42,286 bases of DNA, taken from NCBI GenBank assembly GCA_018066075.1, contig JAGHSB010000075.1, forward strand, positions 1-42,286, written 5' to 3'. How positions within the stretch are numbered: the stretch's first letter is position 1; each line of letters begins with the position of its first letter. The translations under genes were made by a program, and so were the position numbers. The notes below the pieces were generated by a model. It searched no databases, had not been told where the DNA came from, and saw only the letters and a program-made list of their open reading frames with translations. This document shows positions 18,739-28,740 of this stretch, one piece after another. This DNA comes from Candidatus Treponema scatequi (GTDB lineage: Bacteria > Spirochaetota > Spirochaetia > Treponematales > Treponemataceae).

Positions 18739-19944
18739 ATGGCAATGAAACGCAATACAAGGGAACAAATTCTAAACGAGGCTTTTAAGCTTAGTTCCCG
18801 ACCTCGCAATTCGATGTTTTCTCTTTCGGAAGTGGCTGAAAAAGTTGGAATTTCCAAGACAGCCATCTTTCGTCATTTTAAAAACAAAGAAGAGCTTTTG
18901 TCTGAAATGAAAAATGTGTTTTTGACTGACATTGCGGGTTTGCTTTCTGACAAAGAATATTTTTTCAGTTCAGAAAAGCTTGAGCCTTGCGGGTATGAGC
19001 AGTTTCATGAGTTGTGTGCAAAAGTTTTGAATTTCTTTTTTGAGAAACCGGTTTATCTTGGATTTTTTCTTAATCTTAAGAATTTTGAAAATGGAATCGG
19101 GAGCTGCCTGATGCAGGGACTCGAAGAGCACGGTGTTGTTTTTTCTGAAGAGTTTAAGACAAGAGTAATTACATTGCGATTTGTAAAATTGTATTTTTGT
19201 CTTGCGACGATGATTTTTTATTTTACAAGACGAATGTTTATTGAAAAAGATTCTGTTTCAGAAACAAAAGAAGAATTTATCGAACGAATTATTAAGCTTA
19301 CCTGGAATGGAATCGGGCGCGGTGAAATTCCATTTGATAAAAAAAGACTTGAAGAATTGAATGCGATCTGTGATGTAAGTGAAATTGCAAAAATTGAGGA
19401 CACGAGATTTTTTAAGGCATTTGCAAAAGTGTTTGCAGAAAATGGAATTAACGGAGTAACGATAGAACGCTTAAGTGACGAATTGAATCTTGCCAAAAGC
19501 AGTCTCTATTCTTATTTTAATAATAAGGCTGAATTTATAAATAAAATGCTTTATCAGGAACTTAATACAATCAGAGAAGTTCTTGTTGATAAATTAAAAA
19601 GTGTAAAAAGTTTTGATGAGATGATTTATGTAATCATCAAGACTGAAAGCAATTATTTGTTAGAAAGACCTTTCGTTGTAATGATGCATTGCTGGGCTTC
19701 TGAAAGTCACAACACATCTTGTGATGTGGATGGAAAGAAAAATATAATTGATTTTTCACTTCCAGTAAGCTTTAAAGATCCGATTCATGAAAGTATTTCT
19801 GAAAATGTTTTCATCGGATGGGTTTCCGCATTGATCGGAGAGATGGCAACTTTTGTTGATATGAAAGACAGAAAGTTGTTAAGTCAGGAAAAAGATTATG
19901 CATTCGATATTTTTAAATTAATTGAATGTGGAGTGCATAAATAA
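18739..19944 (+). CDS. TetR/AcrR-family regulator with two tandem TetR units
   Basis: HTH 1 SLSEVAEKVGISKTAIFRHFKNKEEL; HTH 2 VTIERLSDELNLAKSSLYSYFNNKAEF. Confidence 0.88.
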   Translation: MAMKRNTREQILNEAFKLSSRPRNSMFSLSEVAEKVGISKTAIFRHFKNKEELLSEMKNVFLTDIAGLLSDKEYFFSSEKLEPCGYEQFHELCAKVLNFFFEKPVYLGFFLNLKNFENGIGSCLMQGLEEHGVVFSEEFKTRVITLRFVKLYFCLATMIFYFTRRMFIEKDSVSETKEEFIERIIKLTWNGIGRGEIPFDKKRLEELNAICDVSEIAKIEDTRFFKAFAKVFAENGINGVTIERLSDELNLAKSSLYSYFNNKAEFINKMLYQELNTIREVLVDKLKSVKSFDEMIYVIIKTESNYLLERPFVVMMHCWASESHNTSCDVDGKKNIIDFSLPVSFKDPIHESISENVFIGWVSALIGEMATFVDMKDRKLLSQEKDYAFDIFKLIECGVHK

Positions 19945-19978
19945 CATATTAAGGTGTCTATATAGTCAGAGGAGTATA

Positions 19979-21430
19979 ATGAAAACTTTTATTACTAAAC
20001 ATTTCGGTAAAATGATCACAGTTTTTGCTGTTTGTCTTTTTACTTGCGGAACAGTTTTTGCTCAGAATGCTGAACAGAAACCAATTGTGTTACCTGGAAA
20101 TGAAGCTAAGTCAACAGTCATTCTTACTGTTGATGATGCAGTTGATTATTCAGTAAAACACAGTTTGACTTTATCAAGTTCACAGATTGATCTCGAACTT
20201 GCAAAATGGAAGTCATATGTTGCATGGAATACATTCTTGCCAGCTGTAAGTACAACTGGTGTTTTATCAAGATCGAATGAAGCTTCGAATCAGATGGCAC
20301 AGATTATGTCTGCAATTAACCCTGGATATGTTGCCTCAGATCCTACAGAATCAGAGCACTGGACAGTAATGGGTAATCTTTCGATTCAGTTTAACTTTAG
20401 CGTTGCAATGATTGAGTCGATGAGAGCAAATATTGAAGGCTACGAAAGCGGAAAGATTACATGGGAACAGGCTGTTAAAAATAATGCAATCAATGTAAAG
20501 AAAACTTTCTATCAGGTTTTGCTTGCACAGGAAAAACTTGCAATTTCACAGGCTAACCTCGTAAATGCAAAGAACAGAATGGATCAGGCTGCAATTAACT
20601 TTAGAAACGGATATATTCCAGAAATGCAGTACCTTCAGTCACAGGTTCAGTACCTTAACCAGGTTCCAACTGTTGAACAGGAAGAAACGACTTATGAGCT
20701 TGCTGTAAAAGGCCTTTTGAATATGATTGGTATGCCTTTGGACACAGATGTTAAACTCGAAGGAGAAATCAATCCTGAGTTTGTTCCAGCTGATCTTGAT
20801 GAAAAGAAACTTATCAATGACACATTAGCAAACAACCTCAGTATCAAAGCTTTGAGACAGCAGATTAAAATCCTGAAGATCAACAAGAGCGCTGCTGACC
20901 TTGGAACTTATATTCCTTCTATTTCAATCGGATGGAACGGACAGCCTACGCTAACAAATGCTTTTGAAAGTGATTGGGGAAACAAAAATAACTGGATGGA
21001 CAGAGGTGCTTTGAGTTTGACTCTCGCATGGAACTTAACAAACATGCTTCCTTGGTCATCTTCAAGAACTCAGGCAAAAGAACTTCAGGCAAACATCGAC
21101 AAGCTTGAAAATACTTTGAAAAATACAGAGCAGCAGATGGAACTTGGAATTATCAAGGCTGTTGCAGGATTAAAATCAAGCCGCAAGGCAATCGAATCAA
21201 GCCAGAGAAACGTAGAGCTTGCACAGAAGTCTTACAACCTCACATGGCAGGCATACAGAAACGGTACAACAGAATATTTGGCACTTGCTGATACAGAAAG
21301 TCAGTTGAAATCTGCACAGCTTGGTCTTGCAAATGCAAAATATAATTACATGATCAGTTTGATGGATCTCGAAAACACTATCAACGGATCAATTGAAAGA
21401 GAACCTACTACAAAGACAGGAGATAAATAA
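19979..21430 (+). CDS. TolC-family outer membrane efflux protein
   Basis: Signal peptide; LTVDDAV, VKKTFYQVLLAQE and AYRNGTTEYLALAD OEP repeats; SD GAGGAG favours ATG 19979. Confidence 0.88.
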   Translation: MKTFITKHFGKMITVFAVCLFTCGTVFAQNAEQKPIVLPGNEAKSTVILTVDDAVDYSVKHSLTLSSSQIDLELAKWKSYVAWNTFLPAVSTTGVLSRSNEASNQMAQIMSAINPGYVASDPTESEHWTVMGNLSIQFNFSVAMIESMRANIEGYESGKITWEQAVKNNAINVKKTFYQVLLAQEKLAISQANLVNAKNRMDQAAINFRNGYIPEMQYLQSQVQYLNQVPTVEQEETTYELAVKGLLNMIGMPLDTDVKLEGEINPEFVPADLDEKKLINDTLANNLSIKALRQQIKILKINKSAADLGTYIPSISIGWNGQPTLTNAFESDWGNKNNWMDRGALSLTLAWNLTNMLPWSSSRTQAKELQANIDKLENTLKNTEQQMELGIIKAVAGLKSSRKAIESSQRNVELAQKSYNLTWQAYRNGTTEYLALADTESQLKSAQLGLANAKYNYMISLMDLENTINGSIEREPTTKTGDK

Positions 21431-21432
21431 AA

Positions 21433-22338
21433 ATGAAGAAAACTACTTTATTGGCAGCAGCTGTAATTGCAATAGCTCTTACAGCATTTACAGGTTGTAA
21501 AAAAGACAACAAAGGAAAGGGAGATGTAGAAGCAATTTTTGCCGTTAACGCATATAAAGTTGCTCCGACTTCTCTTGATGATTATCTTGAATTTGGTGGT
21601 GACGTTGATGCAGCTTCTTCAGTTGCCGTAATGCCGGATACTGCAGGAAAGATTTCACAGATTTATGTAAAGGTTGGACAGAAAGTAACAAAGGGACAGA
21701 TTCTTTGTGCAGTTGATGCAAGCCGTCCTGGCATGGTTTTCGCAGCAAGCCCTGTAAGAGCTCCTGTTGATGGAACAGTTACTTATTTTCCTGTTGTAAT
21801 CGGAACAAGCGTTGCTCAGTCGAGCATCGTTGCAAAAGTTGCAAGCATTACAAAACTTGAAATCGAAACTTCAGTTCCAGAAAGATTTGTTTCCCGCATC
21901 AGCATGAATCAGAAAGCAAAACTTTCTTTCAACTCATATCCAGGTGAAACATTTGATGCTCACATCACAGAAATCAGCCCTGTTCTTGATACATCAACAA
22001 GAACAATGAACATCAAACTTTCTCTCGATACAAACGATCCAAGAATTAAAATCGGTATGTATTCAAAAATTCACCTTGTAACAGAACATAAAGAAGGCGT
22101 AACAGTTGTACCTTATGGAACTGTAATTACAAGAAAAGGTGAAAACTATGTGTTCATCATCGAAGACGATGGAGAACAGAAAAAGGTAGTTCTTTCGCCG
22201 GTAAAAGTTGGTATTCGTGTTGATGAATATCAGGAAATTTTACAGGGTGTAACAAACGGTGACCTTGTTGTAATCAAAGGACAGACTTTGCTTGATGACG
22301 GTTCTTTGGTAAACGTTGTTTCAGTTTCTGAAAACTAA
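21433..22338 (+). CDS. RND efflux periplasmic adaptor (membrane fusion lipoprotein)
   Basis: Lipobox FTGC; VKVGQKVTKGQ, VRAPVDG, ISPVLDTSTRT. Confidence 0.9.
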   Translation: MKKTTLLAAAVIAIALTAFTGCKKDNKGKGDVEAIFAVNAYKVAPTSLDDYLEFGGDVDAASSVAVMPDTAGKISQIYVKVGQKVTKGQILCAVDASRPGMVFAASPVRAPVDGTVTYFPVVIGTSVAQSSIVAKVASITKLEIETSVPERFVSRISMNQKAKLSFNSYPGETFDAHITEISPVLDTSTRTMNIKLSLDTNDPRIKIGMYSKIHLVTEHKEGVTVVPYGTVITRKGENYVFIIEDDGEQKKVVLSPVKVGIRVDEYQEILQGVTNGDLVVIKGQTLLDDGSLVNVVSVSEN

Positions 22339-22355
22339 TTCTTGGAGTGTAAAAT

Positions 22356-25300
22356 ATGTCTCTTTCAGAGCGTTCAGTAAATAAACCGACAACGGTTTTA
22401 ATGATATTTATTTTGTTGGTTGCGCTTGGAATTTACGCAGCGTTAAACCTTCCTATCGATAAATTTCCGGATATGGAACTTCCATACATTGCTGTTGTAA
22501 CAACTTACAAAAATGCAGGTCCGGAAGAAGTAGAACAGACTTGTACGCGAACTCTTGAAAGCGTACTTTCTGGTGTTTCTGGTTTGAAGAATATGACATC
22601 AACATCTTCTACAGGTCAGAGTATCGTCTTTCTTGAAATGAACTATGGTGTAAACCTCGATGAATCTGTTGCGAGCTGTCGTGATAAGATTGATATGGTT
22701 CGAAAATATTTGCCGACTGATGCAGATGCACCAATCATGTTCAAGATGGACCCTTCAATGATGCCAATCATGTCAATTGCCATCAAAGGTAACCGTACAC
22801 CAGAAGAGCTTCGTAAACTTGCAGAAGACATCGTTCAGCCAAAGCTTGAACAGGTAGATGGAATTGCTTCTGCAAACATCTCTGGTGGTCGTGAAAAATG
22901 TATCCGCGTTGATATTCCTCGTGACCGTCTTGAAGCTTACAATTTGACAATTACAGGTGTTGCTCAGCTTATCGGTGCACAGAACGTACAGAGTGCCGGT
23001 GGTCAGATTACAAGTGGTGACATCAACTATACAATTCAGTCTGCTGGTAAATACAACAACCTCGAAGACGTAAAGAATACAGTAATCTCGTGGAAGGTAA
23101 CTTCTGCAGAACCTGGAGCTGTTCCACAGGTAAGAACAATTAAACTCCGTGACATTGCAGATGTTTACGAAGGATATAAAAAGCAGTCAACACTCGCTTT
23201 CATGAACGGTGAACCTTGTGTTTCTCTTTCATTGCAGCGTCAGTCTGGTAAAAACTCAGTACAGGCAGCAAAGAAAGTAAGAAAGCAGATGCTTGAAATC
23301 AAAAAGATTTTGCCAAGTGACGTTACATTCCTTGAAATCTGGAATACAACAGACTCAATCGAAGCAACAATCAATGAAGTAATCAAATCTGTAATCGAAG
23401 GTGCGTTCCTTGCGATTTTGGTTTTGATTATCTTCTTGAGATCTGTAAAGAGTACATTGATCATCGGTATTTCAATTCCGGTATCACTTCTCGTTACAAT
23501 CGTATTGATGTGGCTCCGTGGAATGACACTCAACACAATCTCCCTCGCCGGACTTTTGATCGGTGTAGGTATGCTTGTAGATAACTCAATCGTTGTACTT
23601 GAAAATATTTATTCATACAGACAGAAAGATGCAAAGCCAAAAGTTGCAGCTGTTCTTGGTGCACAGGAAATGGTTGCTGCCATCACTTCTTCAACTTTGA
23701 CAACAATCTGTATCTTCTTACCGATGATTATGCTCAAACAGAAAATGGGTATGATCGGTCAGCTTCTTGATGACCTTGCAGTAACAATCGTATTCTCACT
23801 CGTTTGTTCTTTGATCGTTGCCATTACACTCGTTCCTGTATTGTCTTCAAGTTATCTTGTTGTAAGCAATGCTGGTGACAGACGCGAACACGATGGAAAA
23901 CTTAACAGAGCTTTGGGACAGTTCTTTGATAAACTTGATACAGTTTATTCAAATGCCGTTGCAAAAACTTTAAGACATAAAAAACTTTTGCTTGGTGGAA
24001 TTTTTGGCCTGCTTATTTTGAGTTTCGTAGCTGTTTACTTTATGGGTTACGTATTCATGCCTGAGTCTGAAAGTTCAAACGTTTCAATTACAATTACAAT
24101 GCCTAAAGGAACTCGTCTCGACATTACAGAAGGTGTAGTAAAAGAAATTGAATCAATTGCTCAGCAGGAAGTTGTAGGTATAAAGCACTTGAGTTCTACA
24201 GTTGGTGGCGGTGGATTTATGAGTTCATCTTCTGATACAAACACTGCTACTGTTCGTATTAAGCTTTATGATGAAAAAGACAGAAAGCCTGGATACGATG
24301 GTGCTCAGTCTGTAAGAAATAAAATGAGACCTTACTTTACAAAATTCCCTGGTGCTGAAATTCAGTTTGGTAAACGCCAGGACGGTATGGCAAAAGGTCT
24401 TGTTTGTGAAATCAGATGTGATGACCTTAAGATGCTTACATCTTATACAAAGAAAGTAGAAGAACTCTTTAAAGAAAAGGGAACAGATTATATTGATGAA
24501 GTTGACTCAGATCTCGAAGACGGTTTGCCAGAAGTTAAAATCGTATTCGACCGTGAATTGATGTACAACCTCGCACTCAATGTTTATTCAGTAAGTTCAG
24601 AAATTAAAGCTAACATCGACGGAACAACAGCAACTCGCTATGAAGACAAAGGTGATGAAATTGACCTTGTAGTTTCACTTTCAGAAGAAGATAAAACAAG
24701 ACTTACAGACTTGGACAACATCTTCGTAACAAATTCCAATGGCACAAGAATTCCAATTTCAACATTCGGACATTATGAAGAATCAACTTCACCTGTAAGC
24801 ATTAACCGTAAAGAACAGACTCGTATGACAACACTTACATTGACTCCTAAAAAAGGTCTTTCGGTTAAGATGATTCAGGATAAGATGACAGCTCTTGTAA
24901 AAGAAAATCTTCCTCAGGAAGAAGGCGTAACACTTACATTTACAGGTGATAATGCAGACTTCCTTGAAGCTGCAATGAACTTCTTGGTTGTAATCATCAT
25001 GGCAGCAGCTCTCGTATTTGCTATCATGGCCAGTCAGTTTGAATCATTCAAAGATCCGTTCATCGTTATCTTTACAATTCCATTGTCATTCATCGGTGTA
25101 GTATTAATTTACCTCCTCGCAGGAATTTTCACACACCAGAAAATCTCAATGGTATCAATCTTCGGATTCTTGATGCTCGTAGGTATGATCGTAAATAACG
25201 GTATCGTACTTGTAGACTATACAAACCTTTTGCGTCGCCGTGGATACCAGCTCTTTGAAGCATGTGTTGAAGCAGCTCGCAGCCGTTTGAGACCAATCTT

Positions 25301-25748
25301 GATGTCAACTTTGACAACAATCATTTCTTTGATTCCAATGTCATTCTTCCCAAGTGAAGGTACAGAAATGATTCAGCCAATTTCAATGACAGTACTTGGT
25401 GGTCTTTCATTCGGTTCTTTGATGACATTGTTCGTAATGCCTTCGTTGTACTACATCTTCAATGCAGGTTATGGAAAGAAAATTGCAAAAGTCGACCGCA
25501 AGCTTGCAGCACTTGAAGACCTTCGTAACAGTGACAAAGCTGATAAGATTGCAATTGAAAAAAAGATTAAACGCGTTCAGAAAAAGAAGAACAAGCTTGT
25601 TCTTAAAGATTACAATGAACATGAAGGTTTCGTAACTGTCATTCAGGGTGAAGATAATGTAACTTTGAAGTCAGCTAAACCAAAGCGCACTCGTGCAAAG
25701 AAAGCTGCAGAACCAAAAGTAGAGGAGGCTGATGATGGCAACAAGTAA
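22356..25748 (+). CDS. AcrB/AcrD/AcrF-family RND permease with a basic C-terminal extension
   Basis: LPIDKFP, GPEEVEQ, GMLVDNSIVVLENI, SQFES, GMIVNNGIVLVD, RLRPILMSTLTT. Confidence 0.95.
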   Translation: MSLSERSVNKPTTVLMIFILLVALGIYAALNLPIDKFPDMELPYIAVVTTYKNAGPEEVEQTCTRTLESVLSGVSGLKNMTSTSSTGQSIVFLEMNYGVNLDESVASCRDKIDMVRKYLPTDADAPIMFKMDPSMMPIMSIAIKGNRTPEELRKLAEDIVQPKLEQVDGIASANISGGREKCIRVDIPRDRLEAYNLTITGVAQLIGAQNVQSAGGQITSGDINYTIQSAGKYNNLEDVKNTVISWKVTSAEPGAVPQVRTIKLRDIADVYEGYKKQSTLAFMNGEPCVSLSLQRQSGKNSVQAAKKVRKQMLEIKKILPSDVTFLEIWNTTDSIEATINEVIKSVIEGAFLAILVLIIFLRSVKSTLIIGISIPVSLLVTIVLMWLRGMTLNTISLAGLLIGVGMLVDNSIVVLENIYSYRQKDAKPKVAAVLGAQEMVAAITSSTLTTICIFLPMIMLKQKMGMIGQLLDDLAVTIVFSLVCSLIVAITLVPVLSSSYLVVSNAGDRREHDGKLNRALGQFFDKLDTVYSNAVAKTLRHKKLLLGGIFGLLILSFVAVYFMGYVFMPESESSNVSITITMPKGTRLDITEGVVKEIESIAQQEVVGIKHLSSTVGGGGFMSSSSDTNTATVRIKLYDEKDRKPGYDGAQSVRNKMRPYFTKFPGAEIQFGKRQDGMAKGLVCEIRCDDLKMLTSYTKKVEELFKEKGTDYIDEVDSDLEDGLPEVKIVFDRELMYNLALNVYSVSSEIKANIDGTTATRYEDKGDEIDLVVSLSEEDKTRLTDLDNIFVTNSNGTRIPISTFGHYEESTSPVSINRKEQTRMTTLTLTPKKGLSVKMIQDKMTALVKENLPQEEGVTLTFTGDNADFLEAAMNFLVVIIMAAALVFAIMASQFESFKDPFIVIFTIPLSFIGVVLIYLLAGIFTHQKISMVSIFGFLMLVGMIVNNGIVLVDYTNLLRRRGYQLFEACVEAARSRLRPILMSTLTTIISLIPMSFFPSEGTEMIQPISMTVLGGLSFGSLMTLFVMPSLYYIFNAGYGKKIAKVDRKLAALEDLRNSDKADKIAIEKKIKRVQKKKNKLVLKDYNEHEGFVTVIQGEDNVTLKSAKPKRTRAKKAAEPKVEEADDGNK

Positions 25749-26037
25749 AATTGTTCGTGTTGAATTGATTTTCTCTCAGGCTGTTGAAGAAGACTTCTTT
25801 GACGCATTCAGAAGGGAAAAAGTAGCATATCATTATTCGAAAATTAACAACGTAACTGGTGCCGGTTACAGTAACCCGAAACTCGGTGACGCAATCTGGC
25901 CTCAGCTCAACGAAATGCTCGTAATCTACTGTGCTCCTTTGTCAGCAGAAAAGATCAAGGAAATCGTAGATGAAATCAGAGAACACTATCCTGCAGAAGG
26001 AATCGCATGTTTTATCTCTGATGCAGAAAGCTACTAA
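25735..26037 (+). CDS. PII-like transporter-associated protein (PG0541-like)
   Basis: VTGAGYSNPKLGDAIWPQLN motif; overlaps the RND stop; SD GAGGAGG favours the second ATG. Confidence 0.75.
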   Translation: MATSKIVRVELIFSQAVEEDFFDAFRREKVAYHYSKINNVTGAGYSNPKLGDAIWPQLNEMLVIYCAPLSAEKIKEIVDEIREHYPAEGIACFISDAESY

Positions 26038-27086
26038 TGAAATATCTTTCGGTAAACGAGTATTATAAAAAAACTTTTGGCATCAAGATCTACAAAATTA
26101 CTCTTGATGCAGGCTGTACATGTCCTAATCGTGACGGCACTCGTGGAACCGAAGGCTGCATTTTCTGCAGCGCGTCCGGTTCGGGAGATTTTACGGCGTC
26201 ACGAAATCTTTCGATAACTGAACAGATTGAACAGGCAAAGAAACTTGTAGAGAAGAAAATTAAAAAACCGCAGATTGATGGTAAAGAAGAAATCTTTGTT
26301 AAAAAAGAGATCTCTGGCAATGCAAATTCCACTTCTGATATCCGGGCGGCTCAATACATCGCCTATTTTCAAAACTTTACAAACACATATGGCGACGAAG
26401 AAAAACTCATTTCAAAATACGAAGAAGCTTTGTCCCATCCAGAAATCGCCGGCATCGCCATCGCAACCCGCCCGGATTGTGTAAGCGACTCAATATTAGA
26501 AAAGATAAACGCACTGACAGAGAAAAAATTTTCTGTATATACTGATTTCAATTTAGAAACAGATAACACATCTAATCAGAAAATTACAAAAATAACAAAA
26601 CACTTCTCCCTCGAATTTGGTTTTCAAACTTCAAACGAGAAAACTGCTGAGTACATTAACCGCTGCTATTCGAACGAAGAATATTTTGATGCGGTTCGTC
26701 GTGTGAAAAAAATTAATAAAGACATTCACATTGTTACACATATTATTTTCGGTTTGCCTGGTGAGACAGAAGAAGACATGATGAATACAGTACGAGCAGC
26801 TCTTGATGCAGGTACTGACGGGCTTAAGATTCAGGTTTTGAATGTTCTGAAAGGAACTAGACTTGAAAAAGAATATTATGAAAAGGGATTTCATATTCTT
26901 TCGATGGAAGAGTATTTTGATCTTATCATAAAGGCGCTTAAAATAATTCCACCTGAAATTGTAATTCACAGATTGACTGGTGACGGCCCAAAGTCGCTTT
27001 TGATTGAACCAAAGTGGATTGCAAATAAAAAGCGCGTGCTAAACGAGTTAACACGCGCAATCAATTTTAATTACATCTTTTTTTGA
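26037..27086 (+). CDS. Radical SAM protein, YhcC/TIGR01212 family
   Basis: CPNRDG...GCIFC, YFQNFTNTY, ATRPDC, HIIFGLPGE, IHRLTGD. Confidence 0.9.
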   Translation: MKYLSVNEYYKKTFGIKIYKITLDAGCTCPNRDGTRGTEGCIFCSASGSGDFTASRNLSITEQIEQAKKLVEKKIKKPQIDGKEEIFVKKEISGNANSTSDIRAAQYIAYFQNFTNTYGDEEKLISKYEEALSHPEIAGIAIATRPDCVSDSILEKINALTEKKFSVYTDFNLETDNTSNQKITKITKHFSLEFGFQTSNEKTAEYINRCYSNEEYFDAVRRVKKINKDIHIVTHIIFGLPGETEEDMMNTVRAALDAGTDGLKIQVLNVLKGTRLEKEYYEKGFHILSMEEYFDLIIKALKIIPPEIVIHRLTGDGPKSLLIEPKWIANKKRVLNELTRAINFNYIFF

Positions 27087-28615
27087 AAATATTTGATGAC
27101 GAACATTGTTCCTATGGTTGCGATTAATCCGAAGATTAATGGAACGAATACGTTCTGTGCAATACCTGCGATGATGTAAGTTACAAAAGAGATGACTGCA
27201 ATTGTAATTGCATATGGAAGCTGTGTGTTAACGTGTTTAACGTGGTTACACTGAGCTCCGGCACTTGCCATGATTGTTGTATCTGAAATTGGCGAACAGT
27301 GGTCACCGCAAACAGCACCAGCCATACATGCAGAAATTGAGATGATGTGCAATGGATCGTTGATTCCAGGGAATACTGCAATACAGATTGGAATGAGGAT
27401 TCCGAATGTTCCCCATGAAGTACCTGTTGCAAACGCAAGGCCGCATGCGATGATGAAGATGATTGCAGGCAAGAGATTCTTGAAACTTGCAGCGCTAGAA
27501 CTTACAAGTGTAGCAACATACTCTTTTGCTCCAAGGCTGTCTGTCATTCCTTTAAGTGTCCATGCAAGAGACAAAATCAAAATTGCAGGAACCATTGCTT
27601 TGAATCCTTCTGGGATACATTCCATGCAGCCTTTGAAAGTTAATACTCTGCGGCAGAGATAATAAACAACAGAAACGATTAATGCAGCAAATGAACCGAT
27701 TACAAGACCAACTGAAGCGTCACTGTTTGCAAATGCTTCAATAAAGTTATGATAACTTTCGTTAGCAAGCATCATTCCTTCTTCACCTTCTACTAATGGT
27801 GTGAAGAATCCACCTGAGTAAATCATTCCGATTACGCTGAAGATAATCAAAACAGCGATTGGTATGATAAGGTCGATTACAAGTGCATTTGTTTTTACTT
27901 CTGCAACTGCGGCAGCTTTTTCTTCTGCAGCTTTGGAATCCATTGCTTTTTCAGCTTTCTTCATCGGACCGTAATCCATTTTGAGAAGAGTGATTGTGAA
28001 AAGCATTACGATTGTAAACAAAGCGTAGAAGTTATATGGAATTGCTCTTACGAAAAGTGCGAGTCCGTTTTCGCCTTCTTTTACGAATCCAGAGACTGCA
28101 GCTGCCCATGAAGAAATAGGTGCAATGATACAAATCGGAGCTGCTGTTGAGTCGATTAAGTATGCGAGCTTTTCTTTAGAAACCTTGTGCTTGTCTGCAA
28201 CTGGTTTCATTACAGAACCTACTGTGAGGCAGTTAAAATAGTCATCGATGAAAATTAAGATTCCGAGACAGATAGTTGCAATCTGTGATCCGACTTTTGT
28301 TTTGATATGTTTCTTTGCCCAGTTACCAAATGCGGCAGATCCGCCAGTTTTGTTCAAAAGGGCTACTAAAATTCCAAGTACAACTAAGAAAATTAAAATA
28401 CCGGCATTGTACGAATCAGAAAGTTGTGCGATTAATCCATCTCTGAAAACGTGATCGGCAAAACCACCAAGTGTAAATCCACCAGTAGCAGAGCAGGCAA
28501 AGAAAATGCCGCCCATGATAATTCCAGCAAACAAAGAAGAATAAACTTCTTTAGTAATCAAGGCCAACGCGATGGCAATCAACGCAGGAACAAGGGCCCA
28601 GAAAGTTCCAATCAT
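27071..28615 (-). CDS. NhaC-family Na+/H+ antiporter or amino-acid transporter
   Basis: IFIDDYFNCL, DSTAAPIC, ATGTSWGTF, GDHCSPISDTTI; SD AGGAG; many TM segments. Confidence 0.9.
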   Translation of the reverse strand: MIGTFWALVPALIAIALALITKEVYSSLFAGIIMGGIFFACSATGGFTLGGFADHVFRDGLIAQLSDSYNAGILIFLVVLGILVALLNKTGGSAAFGNWAKKHIKTKVGSQIATICLGILIFIDDYFNCLTVGSVMKPVADKHKVSKEKLAYLIDSTAAPICIIAPISSWAAAVSGFVKEGENGLALFVRAIPYNFYALFTIVMLFTITLLKMDYGPMKKAEKAMDSKAAEEKAAAVAEVKTNALVIDLIIPIAVLIIFSVIGMIYSGGFFTPLVEGEEGMMLANESYHNFIEAFANSDASVGLVIGSFAALIVSVVYYLCRRVLTFKGCMECIPEGFKAMVPAILILSLAWTLKGMTDSLGAKEYVATLVSSSAASFKNLLPAIIFIIACGLAFATGTSWGTFGILIPICIAVFPGINDPLHIISISACMAGAVCGDHCSPISDTTIMASAGAQCNHVKHVNTQLPYAITIAVISFVTYIIAGIAQNVFVPLIFGLIATIGTMFVIKYFQKKM

Positions 28616-28740
28616 AAAAAAATACTCCTATGCTAAGCATAAGCTCTAAACTTTTCTCCAATAATAATTGTAAGTCCAAATGTCTGAAAAAGCAAAAAAA
28701 AATTTTCTTATTTAAACTATGTGTGATAAAATATTAAGTA

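Noticed and set aside
19922-19978. N-terminal extension of the TolC ORF (also the longer starts at 6175, 18560, 25732, 29860 and 37323)
   Set aside because: SD position and signal peptides favour the downstream ATGs.
28616-28740. Lysine riboswitch upstream of the NhaC-family gene
   Set aside because: The intergenic region is only 125 nt, AT-rich and shared with the divergent FIST promoter.
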